From the IMG/VR virus record IMGVR_UViG_3300048599_000730, positions 1 through 42,238 of that record: DNA of 42,238 nucleotides; one strand, given 5' to 3'. This document shows positions 8,929-16,648 of the stretch, in pieces. The translations under genes were made by a program, and so were the position numbers. Source of the stretch: a virus. Taxonomy: Duplodnaviria > Caudoviricetes. Within the stretch, counting starts at the first letter, position 1, and each line of letters opens with the position of its first letter. The notes beneath the pieces were generated by a model. The model worked only from the letters and a program-made list of their open reading frames with translations. It ran no database searches and was not told where the DNA came from.

Positions 8929-9159
8929 GTGACGGAGGGACGACGGAAGCAGGCCGACGGACGGGCCAGGGCCAACAAAGTGCGCCTGAATATCCGTTTG
9001 GATGCCGATATTGTTGACTATTTCCGGGTCGGTGGAGGGGGATACCAGACCCGTATCAACGACGCTCTACGTGCCGTTATGGAGGCCGACGGCGGAGTAT
9101 CCCAACAAAGAGTCGCCAATGTTGGGATATTATTCCAGATTGATGAATTAAAACAATAA
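8929..9159 (+). CDS. brnA: BrnA-like antitoxin (ribbon-helix-helix), orphan
   Basis: KVRLNIRLDADIVDYFRVGGGGYQTRINDALR is the BrnA signature; GGAGGAGG SD before GTG at 8929. Confidence 0.8.
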   Translation: MTEGRRKQADGRARANKVRLNIRLDADIVDYFRVGGGGYQTRINDALRAVMEADGGVSQQRVANVGILFQIDELKQ

Positions 9160-9333
9160 CTTAGCTGTTTTTCTGAGGCGGATATACAATACAAAAGAAA
9201 TAGATTTCAATGGGTTACGACCCGGTAGGGTCGCTTTGAAGCCGGATGGGCACCGAACTCAACTGCGCTGAACCGTAAGAAGATTAATATTGTAAAGGGG
9301 ATGATCGAGGATTTCTATGATGAAGATTTATAG

Positions 9334-9525
9334 ATGAAGCCAGAGAACATTGAAAGTCTGGATCAGATATTCGCCTTCACATTAAGAAAGCCAGTTGAAT
9401 CTCTTGCTAAGAAAGCCCATGGGCTGGCAGAAACCCCAGGGTTTCAAAAGGTCGCATCTAGATTTCAGGCACCCAAGAAGAGGCGCCTTGCCGCTTCAGT
9501 CCGAGCCGACTCATTTCATGTTTGA
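9334..9525 (+). CDS. Possible small hypothetical protein
   Basis: 63-aa ATG ORF in an AT-rich gap; weak SD, no motif. Confidence 0.3.
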   Translation: MKPENIESLDQIFAFTLRKPVESLAKKAHGLAETPGFQKVASRFQAPKKRRLAASVRADSFHV

Positions 9526-9905
9526 CATGTCCAACATCGAATTGGATATCTGGTCCTGACGTCGCTGAGCCGTGGCCGTCAGAACTCGACGCTGAGTGCT
9601 CTGTGCGCGTTCGCGGACGTGGATGGGTGTGAGGATGTTGCCGTGCTCTATCGGGCATTATTTCCGATTTGGACGTGCGTCTCGTCTGTGTCGGCCGACG
9701 TGTCGAGCAAAGTAGCAAGTCCACCGGCGAGGATCGGCTGCACGTGTGGGTGCATCTCTTCGAGAAGCCGGATCCGCAGCATCACACTGTCTGGCATGGA
9801 ATCTGGTCTAGCGATGATTTTTTCGCCCATCATTATTTTCACCGGCGAGTTGACTACAGCATGTCTCTGAGTGACGCTTTATATAAGGACAAAAGGACCA
9901 CGCAG

Positions 9906-10322
9906 ATGACTACTGATAAACTCTCCGACTTATACAATGCCATCAAATCCGGCCGCAAACCCACGGTCCGAGATCTCGATCCAGAAGCCCGCGCAGCATA
10001 CTACCGTGAGCGCAAGAGAGCCCAGCGAGCTCGTCAACGTGAGTCCGCCGATGCAGGCTATCTTGAGCCGACGGCAGACAATCTCCATGCCGTGCTGGCT
10101 GACGCAGCGATCATGCTGATTGCTACCGGCGCACCCGGAGCAGCAGAGATCCTCCATGCCGTCAGCGTCGCGTTTCCGGCCGCGCCAGGCGTCGTTCTCG
10201 GGCTGCCAGCGAAGATCCGCTGTGGCGACATCAAGCCCCGTCTGCTGACGCCGGAGAGGCTGCGTGGTGCCGTCTCGTCTCTGAGTGACGGGGCATCACC
10301 GAGTGACGACGTCTCTGAGTGA
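9906..10322 (+). CDS. Hypothetical protein with Arg-rich helix (possible DNA binding)
   Basis: AAAGGA SD before ATG 9906; segment ARAAYYRERKRAQRARQR. Confidence 0.7.
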   Translation: MTTDKLSDLYNAIKSGRKPTVRDLDPEARAAYYRERKRAQRARQRESADAGYLEPTADNLHAVLADAAIMLIATGAPGAAEILHAVSVAFPAAPGVVLGLPAKIRCGDIKPRLLTPERLRGAVSSLSDGASPSDDVSE

Positions 10323-10346
10323 CGATGGAGAGGGGAGGACAACGCA

Positions 10347-10664
10347 ATGGTAGGGAGACCTGCGACAACCGGATCAGCATCGCAAAGGGCCAGGCAGGCC
10401 GCTTATAGAGCACGTCTGGCGCTGGCTAACCGACCGGAGATGGATGACATCGATCGAGCGCTTATCGCCGCCTTGCAGCAGTATGCCGGTGACGTCGCGC
10501 TTGGCCGCGTGCCGCCGGCGGACGATGTCACGCGTGTCAAAAGCCTAATGACGGCGGCTATGGATCGACTGACGGCTGCTGGCTACGAGCGCTCGGCTTG
10601 TAAACGGATGCTGATCCGGCGTCTCGTTGCTGCGGATCGGATGTCTCAAGCTGTCACCGGGTGA
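10347..10664 (+). CDS. Hypothetical protein with Arg-rich helix (possible DNA binding)
   Basis: GGAGG SD; GRP..SQRARQAAYRARL segment. Confidence 0.7.
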   Translation: MVGRPATTGSASQRARQAAYRARLALANRPEMDDIDRALIAALQQYAGDVALGRVPPADDVTRVKSLMTAAMDRLTAAGYERSACKRMLIRRLVAADRMSQAVTG

Positions 10665-10816
10665 CGTCGATCAAAATGCAGTCTGTTTTCTGAATCGGGT
10701 TTCGCCCCCATTACTTCATCTTCCTGAGACAGATGTATTTGGTTTTGAGTCGGAATATTTCGGTATCACTGAGTGACGTCTATTGACTGTTTCTGCTTGG
10801 TACATGACGATAGTGA

Positions 10817-11515
10817 ATGTCAAATATCGAAGGCTCCGCATCTTACGCTTCTATCGCGACCCGACTACTTGCACTAGAGCAGGAGAGGGGCGGGTCATCG
10901 TCACCTGCTCTCGTAAAGCTCTATAAGCAGACGCTTTTTGGTGCTCAAAGCCGCCAGATCATTTTGGATCCCGTCACCGGCATCTTGACGATCCCAACGA
11001 TTTATGACACGACGCTAACCTCTTTACACCACAGCGTTTTTGGGTACTCCGGTGCGATCACAGGCGGCGTCGATCGCGCTATCTCGCTCACCGGCGGCGG
11101 CAGATCGCTCTGTCAGCACATTTTCCACGATGATGATCTGACTGGCGGGAGGTTTGCAGAGGTCTCATTGACAGAGGCGCTTTTCGGTTTCGGATCCACC
11201 ACCCTCGCGACAACATTGACGGCTCTCGCGAGCGCGGAGAAATCGCTCACCGGCGCCGTTTTTGGTGGCCAGCTTTCATCCGTCCTTAGTGCCGCCGGCC
11301 CAGGAAAAGGCTTGGCAGACCTGATTTTTGGGTCCTTCGCCGGTCAGTACTCAGATCGCTCGATGCATGCTCGGATCGACGCGCTGGAAAGCCGGATCCA
11401 GACAGCCGAAGCCGATATCACGTCCATCGTCAACGGGCTTCAGATTGAGCTTCAGGGTATCCACGCTCTTCTTGGCTCTATACAGCAGCGGTTGGCGGCT
11501 CTTGAAAGTGGATGA
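10817..11515 (+). CDS. Hypothetical protein with short L-xxx-FG repeats and C-terminal coiled coil
   Basis: 232-aa ORF; LYKQTLFG, LHHSVFG, LTEALFG, LTGAVFG, LADLIFG; heptads RIDALESRIQTAEADI..IQQRLAALE. Confidence 0.65.
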   Translation: MSNIEGSASYASIATRLLALEQERGGSSSPALVKLYKQTLFGAQSRQIILDPVTGILTIPTIYDTTLTSLHHSVFGYSGAITGGVDRAISLTGGGRSLCQHIFHDDDLTGGRFAEVSLTEALFGFGSTTLATTLTALASAEKSLTGAVFGGQLSSVLSAAGPGKGLADLIFGSFAGQYSDRSMHARIDALESRIQTAEADITSIVNGLQIELQGIHALLGSIQQRLAALESG

Positions 11516-11578
11516 TACAAATAATTATTCAGAAGCTATTGCTATATACGATTATCGGACTCACACTTAATACAGTCT

Positions 11579-11653
11579 CCGGCGTGTTTGGTCCTTTCGC
11601 ACTCCGGCAACTAGCCCGGCGGTCGTAGCACATTGCTCCCGCTGGGCACTTTT
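11579..11653 (+). ncRNA. Candidate two-hairpin small RNA or terminator with an anti-SD loop
   Basis: Stem CCGGCGTG/CACTCCGG with loop TTTGGTCCTTTCG; second stem GCCCGGCGG/CCGCTGGGC followed by ACTTTT. Confidence 0.4.
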
Positions 11654-11669
11654 ATATGCGGAGTTCTAA

Positions 11670-12395
11670 ATGGGTTTGCATATTAATCTGAAAGCATATC
11701 TCAAAGCTGCGGACGACATCGGAAAACGGGTACTGCCGCGAGCCGCTGCTGGCTATCTCAACAGTGTCGCTTTCGAAGCTCGAAAAATGGTCATCGCGGG
11801 GATGGATGCCGACCTCGATCGGCCTGTCACATTTACGCGTCGCGGCATCGTGGTCGACAAAGCGCGCCCCGCTGGCGGCTCTCTCCGAGAGTTGGAATCC
11901 GTGGTCAGGGTGCAGCCGATTCAAGCGCGATATCTCATTTGGCAAATCGACGGCGGCATCAAGCGGCCTGGGTCAGTCACGACTGGTCTCACCGGCGACA
12001 CGGAGCTCGTCACCGGCGCCAGGCTGCAGGCTAGGGAAGGCGGGCCACGGCGTTATGTCATCCGACAATATGCGCGCGCACTGCGAGACGAGCGTGCCCT
12101 GAGAAAGCGTCTGGCTGCGGAATGGTCGTCGGCTACTGTCGGCCAAAAACGCCGGTGGAGTTTCAAAAGGAACTCTGGAACGATGGGTTACGGCATCTTC
12201 CGCGGTGTTGTCGGCGGCCAAAGGGGATTCTGGCGGCGCAAAAATCGTGGTCTCGTGACGCTGCTGGCGACCCTTGAGCGTCAGGCCGTGTACAGGCCCA
12301 GGCTGCGGTACGCTCTCTATATCCGCTCCGCAGCTAGGTCCAAGATGACGTCTGTGGCTTTCCAAGCAGAGCTTGATCGGGCAATGAGACGTTAA
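11670..12395 (+). CDS. Basic phage morphogenesis protein, probably gpZ-like tail completion protein
   Basis: YLNSVAFEAR..DRPVTFTRR..RYLIWQIDGG pattern typical of Z-like proteins of lambda-like phages; very Arg/Lys-rich; GGAG SD. Confidence 0.55.
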   Translation: MGLHINLKAYLKAADDIGKRVLPRAAAGYLNSVAFEARKMVIAGMDADLDRPVTFTRRGIVVDKARPAGGSLRELESVVRVQPIQARYLIWQIDGGIKRPGSVTTGLTGDTELVTGARLQAREGGPRRYVIRQYARALRDERALRKRLAAEWSSATVGQKRRWSFKRNSGTMGYGIFRGVVGGQRGFWRRKNRGLVTLLATLERQAVYRPRLRYALYIRSAARSKMTSVAFQAELDRAMRR

Positions 12396-12553
12396 AGAGA
12401 TGTTAACGAGTAATATATTCGATTATATTGACTACAGTTTTATAATTATTGCGTCGTTCAATAGTATTCGTGCGGACTACCTGGATGGCATTACGCTGTG
12501 TAAGCGTAGATGCCCCGCAGAAGGCGGGTGGTTAACGCAAGAAAGGATTGCGG

Positions 12554-13099
12554 ATGAATTATTACAATATCGCGCGAGGTGGCAACTGCCTCGGCTGCTT
12601 TTCTGGATACGACAAGTTTGACGCTATTCGGAGCTACGTCAGGTCGCAGGGATATGGAGATCGTCTCGGAGACATCAGGCTGTTTCTCGGTCTTGAAGGC
12701 GGCGAAGGTGAGGATGGTATCCTGAAGAGCTTCGAGTTTGTGGAGGCGAACAGGACCTACTTCGATAACCAAAACTACATCTATGACTATCTGGTCAACC
12801 CGATGGACTCTTTGTCCGTCAAGGACTTTGACATCGACGAGTACTACAAGACTGAAGAATACGAACTCCCAGGTGTCGATCTGACATCCGGCCTGCGCGA
12901 GTTTCAGGTTGGATCGAAGCAGTCTGGATCTGGGCGCCTCACCGTACTCGCGCACGACAAGTTCGAAGCGGCACTCAGGTACTACGGAAATCGGCGGGCT
13001 CAGTTTTGTGCCGACACCGGTATTGATCCGCACGACGACGCTGCATATCGCAAGACGGCGATTGAGCAGCTCGTGATCTACGAGCGCGAAATCGCGTAA
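12554..13099 (+). CDS. Hypothetical acidic phage protein with internal domain repeat
   Basis: GAAAGGA SD at 12541; DKFDAIRSY and DKFEAALRY repeated; N-terminus resembles 13183-13440. Confidence 0.75.
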   Translation: MNYYNIARGGNCLGCFSGYDKFDAIRSYVRSQGYGDRLGDIRLFLGLEGGEGEDGILKSFEFVEANRTYFDNQNYIYDYLVNPMDSLSVKDFDIDEYYKTEEYELPGVDLTSGLREFQVGSKQSGSGRLTVLAHDKFEAALRYYGNRRAQFCADTGIDPHDDAAYRKTAIEQLVIYEREIA

Positions 13100-13182
13100 A
13101 ACTACGGCTTGCGTCTTGTCTCAAGTCCGCCGGCGATGAATCCTTTCTGTAGAGCCATTGCGCTCTACAGGGAGGGCTTTAT

Positions 13183-13440
13183 ATGTCTATGAGGTACTAT
13201 AGAATTTTTGACGTCGCATCTGGCAAAAGCCTTGGCGTACACCAGGGTGCATCTGAGCGTGCTGGCATTCTGAGCTACCTGTCGTCGGTCGGCTATGCGA
13301 CGCGGAGCGACATCGTCGATTATTGGGGGATCCCATGGATCGGCACAGACGACGGCTTCAAAACTGAGCTTTTTGCGCGCTACCGGGCCGAGGATTTATC
13401 GAAAATCGGCATTTGCCCTACAGAAGGTCCCTATGCTTGA
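13183..13440 (+). CDS. Hypothetical phage protein
   Basis: GGAGG SD (inside a hairpin); YYRI..SGKSLGVHQG..ILSY..GY pattern shared with the upstream gene. Confidence 0.7.
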   Translation: MSMRYYRIFDVASGKSLGVHQGASERAGILSYLSSVGYATRSDIVDYWGIPWIGTDDGFKTELFARYRAEDLSKIGICPTEGPYA

Positions 13441-13484
13441 CGGAAATCGGTAGGTAACTCCGTACAAAATCGTAGTGAAATTTG

Positions 13485-13516
13485 TGGAGCCGAGCGTTTA
13501 TCGGCTCCATTATATT
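13485..13516 (+). terminator. Probable intrinsic terminator
   Basis: TGGAGCCGA/TCGGCTCCA 9-bp stem followed by TTATATT. Confidence 0.55.
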
Positions 13517-13638
13517 AAGTACGAATACGAGCCCTTAAAATAATGCTTGCGGTGGTGTTGTGTTATCCGTAGCCGATGCGGATACTATTAATGTGATCAA
13601 CAAAACAAAAGGATCACACAACACGAAAGGATGATATT

Positions 13639-13953
13639 ATGTATACAGTTTCTGCTTCGAGCTATGACGACAGCCAACTTTCAATCGTTGCGAACGCTAT
13701 AAAGGGCGCTATCGTCGAATACAAAAATGCGGGTGGAGAAAATTACGGCGCTTTCTCTGTCAATGTATATTACGACGAGGATGACAATGCATACTCCGCA
13801 GAATGCGATTTTGCTGATGATTACAACATGACGATTATGTATTACAGCAATAGCGGTTGTGTTGATGATGTCGATAATCTCTATAATTTAAAATCTGACG
13901 AGGTTATCGAAGAGATGGCGCGTGTAATTGTTGGCGAGAACTGGATTAATTGA
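13639..13953 (+). CDS. Small highly acidic hypothetical protein (anti-defence / DNA-mimic candidate)
   Basis: 104 aa, about 20 D/E versus 4 K/R, Tyr-rich, low GC, GAAAGGA SD, own terminator. Confidence 0.75.
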   Translation: MYTVSASSYDDSQLSIVANAIKGAIVEYKNAGGENYGAFSVNVYYDEDDNAYSAECDFADDYNMTIMYYSNSGCVDDVDNLYNLKSDEVIEEMARVIVGENWIN

Positions 13954-13970
13954 TCTGGTTTAAAACAGTA

Positions 13971-14000
13971 AGAGAGGGTCGCTTCGGCGGCCCTTTTTGT
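13971..14000 (+). terminator. Intrinsic terminator
   Basis: AGGGTCGC-TTCG-GCGGCCCT followed by TTTTGTT. Confidence 0.85.
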
Positions 14001-14126
14001 TACGTAAGAATACGAGCCCTCAAAATAATGCTTGCATAGCGATTGTGTCGGTCGCCGCCGGCGGTGATCATTTTAGTAGTGGCCAACAAAATCAATAATA
14101 TCGGCCGGATTGAAAGGGTGGAAATC

Positions 14127-14858
14127 ATGTTTGAAATGCTAGAGAAGGCACTTGCTTGGCTTGATCGGTGCTACGCTGAGATAGCCGCGCTGCCGACGTC
14201 CGTTGAAATTTCTAGCGATGCGAAGGATTACACGGTCTATGTCGTCGGCAACGCTGAGGACATAGACGTCGACGGTGAGACTGCAGTCGTCAAATTTGGG
14301 CGCGATGGAGCGACGATGATATATCTCGATATAGATGGCATCGACATTGGAATCCGCGCAGCCGACCGGGCTAACAGTGCCCTATATAATATCCGCAGGT
14401 CCGAGCTTGAGCAAAAGGTGTATCTGACGGCGCAGATCGTTGAGCGAGGATATCGGTATCTGCGGCGTGCGCAGAGACACGCGGTGACGGTGACCGTTTG
14501 GGGGCGCCGATCAGAGATGCACGTCATCAACGCTCCAGAGATCACCGAAGGGGTGCTTTGCGCGGCTAGGCTGATCAACGACGACACGAGGATCACAAGT
14601 ATCCGGCGGATCGCGAGAGGTCGCAAAGATGCGGCTGTGATCGGGCGGGTTGGTGATGTCTTCGAGGTACGTCTCGGATCTCGTGATGTCGAGTTGCGAT
14701 TCAGGCACAGATGGGACGAGAATGGCCGCTCGCAGGTCTATGTGAGTGCAGACGGTTCAGCGATCGTCGTTGGGCAGTTTTGGTACGAGGGCTGGCTCTA
14801 TGGTGCTGTGTCGACGTCGGAAATCTCGTCCGCGCTCGCCGAGCCGGTGGCGGCATGA
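14127..14858 (+). CDS. Hypothetical phage protein
   Basis: GAAAGGGTGG SD before ATG 14127; ATGA coupling to the next gene. Confidence 0.7.
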   Translation: MFEMLEKALAWLDRCYAEIAALPTSVEISSDAKDYTVYVVGNAEDIDVDGETAVVKFGRDGATMIYLDIDGIDIGIRAADRANSALYNIRRSELEQKVYLTAQIVERGYRYLRRAQRHAVTVTVWGRRSEMHVINAPEITEGVLCAARLINDDTRITSIRRIARGRKDAAVIGRVGDVFEVRLGSRDVELRFRHRWDENGRSQVYVSADGSAIVVGQFWYEGWLYGAVSTSEISSALAEPVAA

Positions 14859-15901
14859 GACACGCTCTGCTGCACTGCCCGCTGCTCCGCGACGCGCGCT
14901 ATCTCACAGCTATCGGTGACCGTCGGAGATGGCATGATCGCGATCTGGCGAAAGACATGGTCCCGGACGGCGACTTTGAGATATCGCCGCGTGGGCAGTA
15001 CATTGCACAGCTTATGGGCGATATCACGATCGCCGCGACGTTGCAGGACGGCAGGCTATCGCTTGAGGTGCGCGTAGACGGCCTGGCTTTTGGCGCTGAC
15101 GTCGACATCGTTGAGGTGACGCCGGAGATGCTCGGCGCCAGCCGTGGCTCTGCGGGGCGGTGGCAACGGGATGACGATGCTGTTTACGCATACTCCGTCA
15201 ACGACCCGGGCAATATTGGCTACGGCATCCGTGACCGGCTGAGTGCTGATGACCTGGCGCGCTGTGATGCCGAGGCACTCGTCGACGACGACGGCACAGT
15301 TCGCATACGGCTCGTCGATCTGGTAGCGCTCGGGCGTCAGATTCTGCTCGCATCTGCGGCCACCGGCGGAGGACAAGTTGGTCCGCGGCGTCGCCAGAAC
15401 AAGTGGCTCTCCGTGGTCTATGCAAGCTCGAATGGGCAAAGAATTCTTGCGGGCAGTAATGTTGATGGAAAATACGGTCAGAATCCTGACTACGACCAGG
15501 ATTACGGCGGCGGGCATCATCTTTTGCGGTCCGTCGTTGTGCGCAAACTGATTGATGGTGAGCGGAAAAAGCTGGATATCGAAGAAATTGCAGCATCAAT
15601 TCCGCGCACAACGCTCTGCTACCACTTGCCTCTTTCAATATCTCATCTTAAAACATTAGGAGTGACTCAACGTGGCGCGTGTATACTAGCTCGGGCTTTG
15701 AGTTTTAATACGAGGGTTGTGCGTCCGTACGACATTGAGATCGAGCCGGTGCTTAAGGAGTACTACAATCGCTGGCTATCTGCATACGAGGCTAATATCT
15801 CTGATGTCCGAATGGGATCGAAAGAAGAACATTGGCATTTTGTGCGAGAGATTAGTAATTGTGGTACTGTCAAGAAAATGGAGCATGAAGATTTCTGGTA
15901 A
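14855..15901 (+). CDS. Hypothetical phage protein (possibly mosaic; 3' part is lower in GC)
   Basis: ATGA overlap at 14855-14858; long ORF with no recognisable motif. Confidence 0.65.
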   Translation: MRHALLHCPLLRDARYLTAIGDRRRWHDRDLAKDMVPDGDFEISPRGQYIAQLMGDITIAATLQDGRLSLEVRVDGLAFGADVDIVEVTPEMLGASRGSAGRWQRDDDAVYAYSVNDPGNIGYGIRDRLSADDLARCDAEALVDDDGTVRIRLVDLVALGRQILLASAATGGGQVGPRRRQNKWLSVVYASSNGQRILAGSNVDGKYGQNPDYDQDYGGGHHLLRSVVVRKLIDGERKKLDIEEIAASIPRTTLCYHLPLSISHLKTLGVTQRGACILARALSFNTRVVRPYDIEIEPVLKEYYNRWLSAYEANISDVRMGSKEEHWHFVREISNCGTVKKMEHEDFW

Positions 15902-15905
15902 TAGA

Positions 15906-15975
15906 GGGTCCCTAGAGGCTATGAATACTACGGATAATTTGCCCTCCGCAGGCCGTCGCTGTTTCCGAAATTTTT
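15906..15975 (+). other. Candidate lambda-like cos site (cosQ-cosN)
   Basis: GGGTCCC (15906, cf. lambda cosQ GGGTCCT); CTACGG-ATAATTTGCCCT-CCGCAG with two-fold symmetry around 12 nt (15934-15945); then TCGCTGTTTCCGAAATTTT (cf. lambda TCGCTATTTATGAAAATTTT); immediately upstream of terS. Confidence 0.6.
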
Positions 15976-16006
15976 AAATCGAAGTCAGCATCAGCACCCA
16001 TAGATA

Positions 16007-16648
16007 TTGAGAATACGGAATTTCGTTGAATTTGTTGAGGTCTTTGAGTTGTCGACGGAAGATGAGTTGCTGAATCGTGATGATGATGTGTCGCATGTGC
16101 GCAAGAAATCTGCACAATCGCGCCACGTCACGTTGTCGCAACTCGCGTCGCTAATCGACAGAGACCGGAACACAATCTCAAAATACGTCGAGCAGGGCTG
16201 TCCAGTCGTAGAGCGTGCTGATCGTGCGACCGGAAAGGCATGGGTCCTCGATATGGCGGAGATAGTGCGCTGGCTTGAGCGCCGTGCAGCCGAGTCTGCT
16301 GTCGAAAAGATCGGCGGCAGTTCCGACGTCGTGTCAGAAGCCGAGGGTAAACGGCGTCGTGCCGTTGCAGTGGCCATTATCGCAGAGGCCGAGGCGGCCG
16401 AAACACTACACCAGCTAGCGCGCTGGCAAGTGGTCCTCGATCGCGTCACGTCCGATTATGCAGAGCTCCGGTCTCGTCTGTCAGCGATCCCGGACGCCGT
16501 GGCCGGTCGCGTCGAGCGCCGGATCCGCGCGACAGTGCGAGGCATTGTCGACGAGCAAATCGCAACAGCGCTTAACTCATTGAAGACGGACACATCTCTG
16601 CGCCATCGCGCAGGCGGAGCGGGAAATGATTCCCATCCGACCGAATGA
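16007..16648 (+). CDS. terS: Terminase small subunit (lambda Nu1-like)
   Basis: wHTH VTLSQLASLIDRDRNTISKYVEQGCP..DMAEIVRWL plus coiled coil; overlaps terL. True start may be later (GTG near 16088). Confidence 0.85.
   Translation: MRIRNFVEFVEVFELSTEDELLNRDDDVSHVRKKSAQSRHVTLSQLASLIDRDRNTISKYVEQGCPVVERADRATGKAWVLDMAEIVRWLERRAAESAVEKIGGSSDVVSEAEGKRRRAVAVAIIAEAEAAETLHQLARWQVVLDRVTSDYAELRSRLSAIPDAVAGRVERRIRATVRGIVDEQIATALNSLKTDTSLRHRAGGAGNDSHPTE

Larger units (their letters stand above)
9863..10778 (+). repeat. Six copies of a 14-bp motif RTCWCYGRGTGACG (palindromic core GTCAC-N3-GTGAC), operator- or iteron-like
   Basis: GTCTCTGAGTGACG at 9863, 10277 and 10311; ATCACCGAGTGACG at 10295; GTCACCGGGTGACG at 10653; ATCACTGAGTGACG at 10765. 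Confidence 0.75.
13523..14035 (+). repeat. 28-bp direct repeat (27/28 identical) at 13523-13550 and 14008-14035, probable duplicated promoter element
   Basis: GAATACGAGCCCT[T/C]AAAATAATGCTTGC; each copy follows a terminator hairpin and lies about 90 bp before a start codon. Confidence 0.85.

Noticed and set aside
9669-9905. N-terminal extension of the 217-aa ORF and the overlapping 9458-9870 ORFs
   Set aside because: Better SD at 9906; the upstream ORFs have no motifs and conflict with each other.
10277-10324. Mini-CRISPR from the clustered 14-bp motifs
   Set aside because: Units are too short and gaps are only 2-4 bp; kept as a binding-site array instead.
13523-14035. CRISPR array from the 28-bp repeat
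   Set aside because: Only two copies, 485 bp apart, with a gene between them; no cas genes.
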